Positions 17,086-25,959 of a stretch of 37,562 nt of DNA are shown here, piece by piece. The notes under the pieces were generated by a model. The model had not been told where the DNA came from and did no database searches. It worked only from the letters and a program-made list of their open reading frames with translations. The DNA lies in the IMG/VR virus record IMGVR_UViG_3300014208_000084, positions 1-37,562 of that record. The stretch is one strand, 5' to 3'. How positions within the stretch are numbered: the stretch's first letter is position 1; the number at the start of each line of letters is the position of its first letter. The position numbers and the translations under genes are program-made. Origin of the DNA: a virus. Taxonomy: Duplodnaviria > Caudoviricetes.

Positions 17086-18965
17086 GTCACAATCCTGTCT
17101 ACTCGTTGGCGTTTAGAAAAGGGTTAAAACCTGATCCTATGCTGAGTGTTTCACAATGGGCAGATGCAAAGCGTATTTTGCCGACCAGCTCCAGTGCGGA
17201 ACCTGGACGATGGAGAACGTCACGAACTCCTTATTTGCGTGAACCCATGGATGAACTCTCGCCACAATCATCGACGGAGCAGGTGAAGGTTATTAAAGGG
17301 ACGCAGTTAGGGTGGACAGAACTCGCCAATAATCTTATATTGTGCTACATGGATACTTACCCATGCCCGATACAGATGATAATGCCCACTGAGCGGTTGG
17401 CTGGGAAGCATTCAAAAACAAAACTTTCTCCCTCAATATCGATGATCCCATCCGTCAACAAAAAAGTAAAGTCGGCAAAATCAAAAGACGATGCCGGTGG
17501 GATGTTTGAAAAAGAGTACGACGGAGGCATGCTCTCTATCGGGTGGTCAAACTCTGCCGCATCGTTTGCGTCGTTTTCGGCACGCGTTGTGATATTAGAT
17601 GATATTGACAGATTCCCTGACGACGTAGAGGGGGAGGGTAACCCCGTGGCTTTGGGGAAAAATAGAGCGGATGCTTTTAGCAATCGTAAAATCTATGTGA
17701 ACTCTACACCGAGCATATCAGGAGGATCACTAATCGAGAGAGAGCATGCCGATAGTGATCAGCGTGAATACTTCATGCCGTGTCCTCACTGTGGTGAGAT
17801 GATTACGTTTGAGTGGAACGATGATAACAACCTCTTTGTGTTTGAATATGATATTGAACAATATAAACTCTTATCAGCAGTGCAATACCGATGTAAACAC
17901 TGTGATGGGATGATAGAAGAGCACGAAAAAACGTGGATGATGGCGGAAGAGAGTGGGGCACAATGGATACCGATGAATCCAGGCCATCATCATAGAGGTT
18001 ATAAACTCCCTAGTTTTTATAGCCCGATCGGGTGGCTGTCGTGGGAACATATCGCTCGTGAATGGCTGGAAGCAAAACGTGCCTCAGATGAGGGTGATAA
18101 CTCTCTTATGAAGCGTTTCATCAATACACGGCTCGCAGAGGCGTACAAAGAGAAGTATGAAATCACGGATAAAAATTCACTCTTAACGCTAAAAAATTCC
18201 CTTATCGAGGGAATAGTGCCTCCTAAAACAGCAGCACTGGTAATGGCGGTGGACGTACAAAAAGATCACTTTTGGTTTGAAGTCAAAGCACTGACTTATG
18301 GAAACGGAACACACCTGGTACGTTATGGACGTGCTGAGACGTGGGCGGATTTAGAAATGATTTTCCGATCGCCTCATTATGATGTTGTCGGTGGTGGGCA
18401 CATGGTTCGTATTTGCGCTGTGGACTCAGGGTATTTGACCGATGAAGTCTATGAATTTTGTGCAATGAACTCAGACGTATGTATTCCGATAAAGGGATCA
18501 TCACAGCGTATGAGCACCCCATACACAGTGAGCAATGTTGACAAAGATATTAACGGCCGCCCTGTAGCAACCGGGCTGAAGCTCTACAAGCTAGATACTG
18601 CCTATTACAAAGACATTCTAGACTCCAAAATCAAACGTTCTATTGAGGCAGAAGCTACCGGAGAAACGGCAAAAAATAGTCTGCTTAGTTTCCATAGCAG
18701 CGTAAACGATGGCTATGTCAAACAATATACGAGCGAGTACAAATATACTGAAACCAACCCAAAAACAGGAGTCGAAAAAAGTGAATGGCGCAAAGTTACT
18801 GAAAAAGCGGATAACCACCTTTGGGACTGCGGAACATACATCACGTTCTTAGGGGAGCTTTTGGGAATCCGATTCTTACCAAGTGAACCAATCGAAACAG
18901 TATCGCGATCACGTCATCGTGAACGTCCGGCACCTCGTCATGATGACGATGAATCAAATTATTAA
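17082..18965 (+). CDS. Terminase large subunit (lambda gpA family)
   Basis: SVSQWAD, GRWRTSRTPYLREPMD, KGTQLGWTE, LDDIDRFP, STP, PCPHCG, AVDVQ and DNHLWDC motifs. Confidence 0.95.
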   Translation: MSHNPVYSLAFRKGLKPDPMLSVSQWADAKRILPTSSSAEPGRWRTSRTPYLREPMDELSPQSSTEQVKVIKGTQLGWTELANNLILCYMDTYPCPIQMIMPTERLAGKHSKTKLSPSISMIPSVNKKVKSAKSKDDAGGMFEKEYDGGMLSIGWSNSAASFASFSARVVILDDIDRFPDDVEGEGNPVALGKNRADAFSNRKIYVNSTPSISGGSLIEREHADSDQREYFMPCPHCGEMITFEWNDDNNLFVFEYDIEQYKLLSAVQYRCKHCDGMIEEHEKTWMMAEESGAQWIPMNPGHHHRGYKLPSFYSPIGWLSWEHIAREWLEAKRASDEGDNSLMKRFINTRLAEAYKEKYEITDKNSLLTLKNSLIEGIVPPKTAALVMAVDVQKDHFWFEVKALTYGNGTHLVRYGRAETWADLEMIFRSPHYDVVGGGHMVRICAVDSGYLTDEVYEFCAMNSDVCIPIKGSSQRMSTPYTVSNVDKDINGRPVATGLKLYKLDTAYYKDILDSKIKRSIEAEATGETAKNSLLSFHSSVNDGYVKQYTSEYKYTETNPKTGVEKSEWRKVTEKADNHLWDCGTYITFLGELLGIRFLPSEPIETVSRSRHRERPAPRHDDDESNY

Positions 18966-18979
18966 TTGGAGGGATAAAA

Positions 18980-19183
18980 ATGCATAATTTTTGGGATGGA
19001 AGAGAGAATATCAATAAGCGGCCATCAGTTGAGCGTAGAACTGAGCGCGTAATCCATTGGTGTATGGAAAAATACTCGATTGGAATAGGACCGGCAATCG
19101 AAAAAATCATGAAAGAAAACCTCTATGATGACATTTTGAAAGAACTTTTAGAGATTTATCCTGACATTGCAACCGCTTCATAA
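18980..19183 (+). CDS. Small hypothetical protein after terL
   Basis: GGAGG RBS; 67 aa. Confidence 0.65.
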   Translation: MHNFWDGRENINKRPSVERRTERVIHWCMEKYSIGIGPAIEKIMKENLYDDILKELLEIYPDIATAS

Positions 19184-19419
19184 CCGAAAAAAAGCCTAAA
19201 TTTTCCAAAAAATCACTAAATTTATACAAATTTTATAAACTTTTTAGCCGGACTTTCCGGTGTTTTTATTGTAAAGGTTAAAAAACTAAACTTTTAACCT
19301 CCTATTTTACGAACTTTTATGGTACTAGCAGAAAAAACAAAAAAAGTTTAGGTCTAAGTTTTTTGGCCTAAACTAATTTTTCCCATTTTACTAAACTGCC
19401 ACCATACTTTTAGAAAGGT

Positions 19420-19656
19420 TTGGTTTTGGCACAAACACTCGGACAACAACTTGACGCTGTTCAAACTGCTATCTCAGCTGTAGAGACTTCTCAGAGCTAT
19501 GAGATGGACGGGCGTAAACTTACCAGAGCTGATCTTTCTATACTTTACAAACGAGAGGATTCTCTAATCTCTAAAATTGAGATATACGGTCGCAACTATT
19601 CCCCAGGACAAAATACTACACCTATGAAAACGAGAGCGCATGTTCAGTTCTCTTAG
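19420..19656 (+). CDS. Head-tail joining protein (gpW-like)
   Basis: QSYEMDGRKLTRADL motif; directly before the portal gene. Confidence 0.8.
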   Translation: MVLAQTLGQQLDAVQTAISAVETSQSYEMDGRKLTRADLSILYKREDSLISKIEIYGRNYSPGQNTTPMKTRAHVQFS

Positions 19657-21040
19657 AAATATGTTTTCATCCAAACTGAAACGCGGATTTTATGAGGGCG
19701 GAAAACGCACGGGGACCAACCAAGATTTTTGGAATGCGAACAGCGATTTTGAAAATACTGCCTCCCCTGACCGTGATACGATGCGAGCGCGTGCTCGTTG
19801 GCTACATGAAAACAATGCAATCATGGCGAATATAGATGCAACGATCGTCCGTAACAGCGTAGGAAATGGATTCACATTCCAGTCAAAATGCGGAAAAGAA
19901 AACATTGATAAACAAATCGAAGTTTTATGGTCTGAGTTTATCAAGCCTAAAAATTGTGATGTTACCGGCCGACAACATTTTGGAGGGATTCAGCAGCTTA
20001 TCCTTTCTCAGCGAATGTGTGATGGCGAAATCGTTATCAAAAAACACCTCTCTAAAAACAAAAAGAACCCTTTCCAAGTTCAACTTATTGAAGCTGATCG
20101 ATTCGATACCTCATATCGTGTCCGTGTAGACAATTCAAACATTCTTAATAGTGTAGACGGTATCGAACTAGATACTATGGGAGCTCCTCAAAATTACGTT
20201 TTTAGAGATGGGCTTATGAGTTCTATAAAAGTTCCATCATCGGAAGTCATTCACTATTTTAAGATGGGGAATCGTGCTACTCAGTACCGTGGGTTATCAG
20301 AGTATAAACAAGCGATCGTCGATCTTCGCAACTTCGCAGGGTATCAAACCTCTACTCTCAAATCAGCGCGCGCAAGATCAAGTGTTGCTTATGCTATTGA
20401 AACGAATAATGTTCAAGGACATATGGCATCGATGCTTCAAAGCGGATCAAGCAAAGAGAGTGATCCTATCTACGATATCAATGGTGTAATGGTCCAGTAT
20501 CTAAACCAAGGGGAAAAACTCCATCAGTATGATCCGGCCGTAAAAGGTGCGGAATACGGTGAGTTTGTACGTGCGTGCGTTCGCCTTATCGCTACCGCTC
20601 GACAGATCAGCTATGAACTTGCATTTCGTGACTATTCTCAGGTCAATTTTTCAAGCGCTCGCGCCTCATTCATTCAGGACCATAAACGCTTTAGCAATGA
20701 GCAGTGGCACATGGTGACATATGTGCTTAATCCACTATTTGAATCATGGCTCGATGCTAACGTAATGGCTGGGAATATAAAAGGGCTTGGGGTAAGTGCC
20801 TACTTCATCAATAAATCTGATTTTTGTCAGCCTCGCTGGGTAGCCCCTGCGCGTGAGTGGGTTGATCCGCTCAAAGACATCAATGCAATCCAAAAAGAGA
20901 TCGACATGGGGATCACTACGATTGAGGAAGTAGCTGCTGCACGCGGTAAAGATTTAGAAGACGTTATCGCGTCAAGAGTAAAAATAAACAAGATGCTCAA
21001 AGATGCAGGAATTTTAACAAAGGAGGAAGCAAATGCCTAA
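19640..21040 (+). CDS. Portal protein, lambda family
   Basis: RARARWLHEN, QLIEAD, QYRGLS, DYSQVNFSSAR and WVDPLKD motifs. Confidence 0.95.
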   Translation: MFSSLRNMFSSKLKRGFYEGGKRTGTNQDFWNANSDFENTASPDRDTMRARARWLHENNAIMANIDATIVRNSVGNGFTFQSKCGKENIDKQIEVLWSEFIKPKNCDVTGRQHFGGIQQLILSQRMCDGEIVIKKHLSKNKKNPFQVQLIEADRFDTSYRVRVDNSNILNSVDGIELDTMGAPQNYVFRDGLMSSIKVPSSEVIHYFKMGNRATQYRGLSEYKQAIVDLRNFAGYQTSTLKSARARSSVAYAIETNNVQGHMASMLQSGSSKESDPIYDINGVMVQYLNQGEKLHQYDPAVKGAEYGEFVRACVRLIATARQISYELAFRDYSQVNFSSARASFIQDHKRFSNEQWHMVTYVLNPLFESWLDANVMAGNIKGLGVSAYFINKSDFCQPRWVAPAREWVDPLKDINAIQKEIDMGITTIEEVAAARGKDLEDVIASRVKINKMLKDAGILTKEEANA

Positions 21041-22979
21041 AAAATTGAGTGCCGATAAGTTATTGCACGATGGTCAATTCATGCGCGCCATGATTGAGCC
21101 TGGATCGGTTAATTCAGAAGAGCGACGTGTTACGTTGTTGATCTCAACTGAAACTCCAGTACGTCGTTATGACCCATGGAGCGGTCAATACTATGAAGAG
21201 GTATTACTTCATGGTGAGGAAAATGTTGATTTGACTCGTGCCGCTACGGCAAAACTGCGATGGATGCATGGCAGCGGTAAATATGGGGAACTCCCTATCG
21301 GGAAACTTGAAAACGTAATACTCGCCAATCGCCAACTTCGTGCTGAAGCGGTGTTCTCTCTCGCCAACCCGGACGCGGATATGTTCTGGCGTATGGTTGA
21401 GGAGGAAACTCTTACCGAGATTTCGGTCGGAGGGTCAAAACAAGAGAACCGTATTACTGAGCGAGAGGGAAGTATCCCACTTGTAGAGGTAATACGATGG
21501 GCATTTCATGAAGCTTCGCTTGTGGATATAGGTGCCGATCCGAGTGCCGGAATCGGTCGAAGTGAAAATCAAAAAAAAGGGGTAAACGTGAACGAAGAAT
21601 TGGAAGCGCTAAAGCGCCAACTTGAAGAGATGAGAACGCAGGGTGCGGCCGGTGATGCTATCGCTCGCAAAAATCAAGAGATTGAGGCAAAAGTATCTGC
21701 ACTCGCTACAGAAAACACAGAGCTCAAGCGTGTAGCCGGTATCCGTGATCTTGTAGCTGCTAAACCAGGTGTTATCAGTGAAGATGAAATTAACCGTTTC
21801 ATCGGTGATATAACAAAAAATTCTGATGATTTGGCTCGTGCTATGCTCGATGCTGCAACATCAACCCAAACAGATGTACCTTTCCAACGTGGTGAAGATA
21901 CGCCTCAAGTATATGTAATCGGTCAACAAAATCGTGGAGACTTGCTACGTGCTATCGGGGACAGTTTGATTATGCGTGCCGGCATGAATGTAGCAGAACC
22001 GCACAAAGATGTCGATCAGTTCCGTGGAGCTTCGATGGTAGAGATTGCCCGTATGGTTACAGGGTACAGCGGATACGATCGCAATGAGATCATCAAGCGT
22101 GCGATGAGTACGAGCGATTTTCCTGTATTGCTTGGAAACGTGGCAAACCGTGTTTTATCTCAAGCGTATGATGAAGAGATGGGAACATTCGATGCCTGGA
22201 CAACTCCGGTCGATGTCGCTGATTTCAAAACTCGTACCGAAGTAAGTTTGGATCGTTTCGGTGGACGACTTCGTAAGCTCACAGAGGGTGGAGAGAAGAA
22301 AAATAAAGAGACATCTGAGAGCGTAGAACAATGGCGTCTATTCAGCTACGGGGATAAGATCAAAATTACCCGCGAAATGCTGATCAATGATGATCTTGGG
22401 GCATTTGAGGGAATTATCCTTGGGTTTGGCCAAATGGCAAAACGTACGGCAAACGGTCTTGTCTATGACTTGATGCAAGGCAAAGGGGATTTCGCAAACT
22501 ATGTTATGGGGGATGCTAAATCTATTTTCCATACAGATCATGCAAACTATACGGCATCAGGTACAGCACTTGGAACCGATTCACTTACTGCAGCGCGTAC
22601 CTTAGTTCGTCGTCAAAAAGATAAATCCGGTACCGCGCTAAACATCGCACCAAAGTATTTGATTGTTTCCCCTGAAAAAGAGACGTTAGCCCGTCAACTT
22701 ATCACCAGTGAAGCAGCGCTTGGTCAAACGAATCCAGGGATTATCAATCCATTCCGTAATTCTATGGAGATCATCGTTGAGTCTGAATTGTCAGCTGCAG
22801 CATGGTATCTCGCCGCTGCACGCCGTACTCTAAAAGTAGGTTATTTACAAGGGACAAATCGTCGTCCAATCGTCAACGAGAAAAGCCGTGATCTTAGCGG
22901 TGTCGAGTATGAATGTGTGTTTGATTTCGGTGTGTTTGCCGAAGATTTCCGCGGTCTTTACAAAAATAACGGTCAATAA
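21033..22979 (+). CDS. Prohead protease - major capsid fusion protein
   Basis: N-terminal HK97-type protease (H, ISVG, EASLVDIGAD); C-terminal capsid (STSDFPVLL, INDDLGAF, PKYLIV, DFRGLYKN). Confidence 0.9.
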   Translation: MPKKLSADKLLHDGQFMRAMIEPGSVNSEERRVTLLISTETPVRRYDPWSGQYYEEVLLHGEENVDLTRAATAKLRWMHGSGKYGELPIGKLENVILANRQLRAEAVFSLANPDADMFWRMVEEETLTEISVGGSKQENRITEREGSIPLVEVIRWAFHEASLVDIGADPSAGIGRSENQKKGVNVNEELEALKRQLEEMRTQGAAGDAIARKNQEIEAKVSALATENTELKRVAGIRDLVAAKPGVISEDEINRFIGDITKNSDDLARAMLDAATSTQTDVPFQRGEDTPQVYVIGQQNRGDLLRAIGDSLIMRAGMNVAEPHKDVDQFRGASMVEIARMVTGYSGYDRNEIIKRAMSTSDFPVLLGNVANRVLSQAYDEEMGTFDAWTTPVDVADFKTRTEVSLDRFGGRLRKLTEGGEKKNKETSESVEQWRLFSYGDKIKITREMLINDDLGAFEGIILGFGQMAKRTANGLVYDLMQGKGDFANYVMGDAKSIFHTDHANYTASGTALGTDSLTAARTLVRRQKDKSGTALNIAPKYLIVSPEKETLARQLITSEAALGQTNPGIINPFRNSMEIIVESELSAAAWYLAAARRTLKVGYLQGTNRRPIVNEKSRDLSGVEYECVFDFGVFAEDFRGLYKNNGQ

Positions 22980-22989
22980 GGAGTAACCA

Positions 22990-23331
22990 ATGGCAAAAGA
23001 AGCAACACAATATCAAGATGGTGATGTGATCGACTATACCCTAACGGGTGCAGTTGACGTAGGAGATGTGGTACCACTGGGTACCGGAATGATCGGTATC
23101 GCATTAAACAGCGGATTAACCGGTGAAGTGATCGGACTGGCTATCGAAGAGGTCTATGAGATCAATGCGACTACAGCGGATGTAATCGCTATCGGTGATG
23201 TTGTTTATTTCAATGCGACTACTCGTGCAATTACGATTACAGCAACATCCAACACTCGCGCTGGCCGTGCAATCAGCGCTAAAGCCGCTGCTGCAGCCGG
23301 AACCGTTTTTGTAAAAATTAACGCGGCATAA
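22990..23331 (+). CDS. DUF2190 family capsid decoration/cement protein
   Basis: YQDGDVIDYT...GDVV...GDVVYF; directly after the capsid gene. Confidence 0.85.
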   Translation: MAKEATQYQDGDVIDYTLTGAVDVGDVVPLGTGMIGIALNSGLTGEVIGLAIEEVYEINATTADVIAIGDVVYFNATTRAITITATSNTRAGRAISAKAAAAAGTVFVKINAA

Positions 23332-23339
23332 GGGAGTAT

Positions 23340-23615
23340 GTGATGTTTGTCAAACTGCATCGTAATGAAACATATCGAGGGGCAAGCCATGAAGAGGGGG
23401 CCATTATCGAAGTCGGTGACGACCTCGGTGGGCGCATGATCTTGGCAGGAACTGCAACCAAAGCTACTAAGCCAGTTGATGAAGTCACAGCTGAGTCAAT
23501 TGATGCAATGCCGTATAAAGATATGAAAAAACTCATATCTGAGTTAGGCATTAATACTGTAGATACAAAGATGCCTACACTTTCCGCAGCGCTTAAAGCG
23601 CACTACGGGGTATAG
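23340..23615 (+). CDS. Head-associated hypothetical protein (gpFI position)
   Basis: Synteny; C-terminal helical HeH-like segment. Confidence 0.6.
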   Translation: MMFVKLHRNETYRGASHEEGAIIEVGDDLGGRMILAGTATKATKPVDEVTAESIDAMPYKDMKKLISELGINTVDTKMPTLSAALKAHYGV

Positions 23616-23617
23616 CT

Positions 23618-23899
23618 ATGAACTTCAAAGCCCAGCTCTCATCGGATATGGAAACCGTATTTATGAACTCAAGCGAGCTCGCTGATACGGTCACGATTGA
23701 CGGAGTTGTGACGGCTGGGTTTTTGTTGGATTACTCGGGTGAATTCGAAGAGCGGGTCAATATCCTCAAACTTGCAGATTCACACATAGTAACGGTTGAT
23801 TCTGTGATAGTTATAAATAGTAATACCTATGGTGTCGAAGGTGCTCCAGTTAATGATGGCTTTGGAGCGATTACCGTTGTACTTGGTAAAGCATTATGA
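23618..23899 (+). CDS. Head-tail joining protein (gpFII-like)
   Basis: MNFKAQLSSDMETVFMN..ELA...DGFG..TVVL pattern and position. Confidence 0.7.
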   Translation: MNFKAQLSSDMETVFMNSSELADTVTIDGVVTAGFLLDYSGEFEERVNILKLADSHIVTVDSVIVINSNTYGVEGAPVNDGFGAITVVLGKAL

Positions 23900-24201
23900 T
23901 GAACGAAAACGACGTAAAAGTTCGTATTTCTGATGCTATACGACTGTTTATAAAAGTAGCTGATGTGTTTGTTTACAAGCGTATTCCATCAGCTGCAACC
24001 ATAAAAGAGGTTATTTTTGCCGTTAAGGTAAAGCGAGAAGCTTCCACTGGGGAGGCGATAGTGAACGCATTGATGAATATCGGGATATCAGGAGATATTA
24101 ACTGGCCTGAGAAAATCGAGTTTGTCGAGAGTACTCTCGATTTTAACGATGGGTTAGAGCATGAGTATTTCATGGTCAAAGCCACACTCTTAATAGGATG
24201 A
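23896..24201 (+). CDS. Putative tail terminator / hypothetical virion protein
   Basis: Synteny before the tail tube gene; ATGA overlap. Confidence 0.55.
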   Translation: MMNENDVKVRISDAIRLFIKVADVFVYKRIPSAATIKEVIFAVKVKREASTGEAIVNALMNIGISGDINWPEKIEFVESTLDFNDGLEHEYFMVKATLLIG

Positions 24202-24205
24202 TGAC

Positions 24206-24349
24206 ATGCCAAAAGATAAAACAAACGAAGAGACCGTAACCATCGAAGAGGGCACAACCATCGTCATCGGTGAAGTCGAATACAGCGGGACGGTAACGGT
24301 CGATACGGCAACAGCCGAAACGCTCAAACAAACTGGAAAGGCAGAGTAA
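24206..24349 (+). CDS. Small acidic protein (47 aa, MPKDKTNEET...), not in the ORF track
   Basis: AGGA RBS; stop directly abuts the tail tube ATG. Confidence 0.55.
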   Translation: MPKDKTNEETVTIEEGTTIVIGEVEYSGTVTVDTATAETLKQTGKAE

Positions 24350-25267
24350 ATGGCAGTACAGCAAACTCTTAAAAATACGATCATCGCAAAATCAGGCGGA
24401 GCACCAACAGCAACCGAAGTTATCACAACCAATGGGCTTGTTTTTGTAAATCCTAAAATCAAATCAGGCGATTATGACGATATGGGCAATGGAATGATGG
24501 GTGCTAAAAAAACCTATATCGACCCTAATTTCATCACGGCCGAATTTGATATTCCCGTACAAGTTAAAAAGGCATCCGCTCTTGGAGTCGCACCAAAGCT
24601 TTCAAATCTCTTCAAAATTTGTGGGCTTCTAGAAACGATAACCGCATCCACAAAGGTTGAATATAAGCCTGGCGGAATCACTACCGGAACAGGGCAGATC
24701 AAAGCATACGTCGATGGATATGTTCGCTCTATTACGGGCATGGTCGGCAATCTTAAACTAACTGGGAAAGTGGGTGAGCCTCTAGGCGCATCTTTTAGCG
24801 TCAAAGGGTTTTTATCCAGCGCAGTGGCAACAGCAGAAGCGAATCCAGTGGTCACACTTGACACATTGGCGGCTCCTATCGTTTCTCTTGTATCTGTAGT
24901 AACGTCAGGTGGAACAACACTTAATGCTGACAGCTTTGACTTTGATCTCGGTAACGAAATCCCTGCTCCAACGTATGCCGTCGGTAAAAATGAGTATTAC
25001 ATCGCAAATTTTGACCCAACATTGACCATCACAGCGGTTAAAACACTTGGAACAGATGAAGCGGCATGGACTGACTTTGCAGCCGGTACCGTTCGTGCGA
25101 TCATCATTCAAATCGGTGCGGCTGGCTCAATGGTTGAGTTAAGTGTACCGTTTGCGATGGTAAAAGACCTTTCAGAGTCGGATGACAGCGGAAAAGTAAA
25201 AATTTCCCGCACATTCCGCGCTCAAGCATCGGTCGGCAACGACAACTTTGTAATGACTTACAAATAA
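24350..25267 (+). CDS. Major tail tube protein
   Basis: 305-aa Thr/Gly-rich beta protein (LFKICGL, FDFDLGNE); before the chaperone and TMP; followed by a hairpin. Confidence 0.8.
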   Translation: MAVQQTLKNTIIAKSGGAPTATEVITTNGLVFVNPKIKSGDYDDMGNGMMGAKKTYIDPNFITAEFDIPVQVKKASALGVAPKLSNLFKICGLLETITASTKVEYKPGGITTGTGQIKAYVDGYVRSITGMVGNLKLTGKVGEPLGASFSVKGFLSSAVATAEANPVVTLDTLAAPIVSLVSVVTSGGTTLNADSFDFDLGNEIPAPTYAVGKNEYYIANFDPTLTITAVKTLGTDEAAWTDFAAGTVRAIIIQIGAAGSMVELSVPFAMVKDLSESDDSGKVKISRTFRAQASVGNDNFVMTYK

Positions 25268-25270
25268 TCG

Positions 25271-25291
25271 GAGGGGGTTAGCCTTCCCCTC
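25271..25291 (+). terminator. Hairpin after the tail tube gene
   Basis: GAGGGG...CCCCTC stem; no U-tract on the + strand, so possibly a stability hairpin. Confidence 0.4.
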
Positions 25292-25343
25292 ACCAAAAAG
25301 GCAAAAAACGTTTTCGAAAACATTTTAAAAAAAAGGCAAAACA

Positions 25344-25664
25344 ATGGCATCAAAAGTATTAAGCGCAAAACGCAAAGAAGCTACTATCACTTATGAGCAA
25401 GCAGATGGAACAAATATAGAGTTAGTAGTTGTTGGTATCTCTACAAAAGAGTCAAAAGATATCTCTGAATTTTCAAAGATTTCAACGAATACCGGAAATG
25501 ATTTGTTTGAAAAAATTGCACGTATCCACTTGCAACGCAATGATGCGAAGGTAGTTAACAAAATCATGAAAGAACAAACCGAAGGTGATGGTAATGTGAT
25601 TGATTTCGCAGGGGCGCTTTCAAGTGTGATTGAAGAAGCGAAAAAAGAAAAGGGAAACGGCTAG
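25344..25664 (+). CDS. Tail assembly chaperone (gpG-like)
   Basis: Between tail tube and TMP; ends at slippery G GGA AAC. Confidence 0.8.
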   Translation: MASKVLSAKRKEATITYEQADGTNIELVVVGISTKESKDISEFSKISTNTGNDLFEKIARIHLQRNDAKVVNKIMKEQTEGDGNVIDFAGALSSVIEEAKKEKGNG

Positions 25665-25936
25665 AGCGTTTTGCAAAAGAGTATCGAGAAGGGCAAAGCT
25701 ATCTGCATCTACATGAATATTTAACTGACCTGGATGAAAATGCAGTTATGGTCCCTGCAGATGATGAGGAAATTACTGTTATACGGTGTTTCACTCTATC
25801 GCTAAAAAGTGGTTTCAATAGTGCTGAAATAGAGTATCAAGTGGTTCGTGATTTTTCCAAAAAATACAAAATGGACATCATAGAATTATTTGAAATCACT
25901 AAGAGAATGTGTTCGATTTTTAATGATAAAAAATAA
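25652..25936 (+). CDS. -1 frameshift extension of the tail chaperone (gpT-like)
   Basis: The -1 frame is open from GGGAAAC (25652..25658) to the stop at 25936 and includes ORF 25748..25936. Confidence 0.75.
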   Translation, partial: GKRLERFAKEYREGQSYLHLHEYLTDLDENAVMVPADDEEITVIRCFTLSLKSGFNSAEIEYQVVRDFSKKYKMDIIELFEITKRMCSIFNDKK

Positions 25937-25959
25937 ATAAACCGGAAGGGATTGATATT

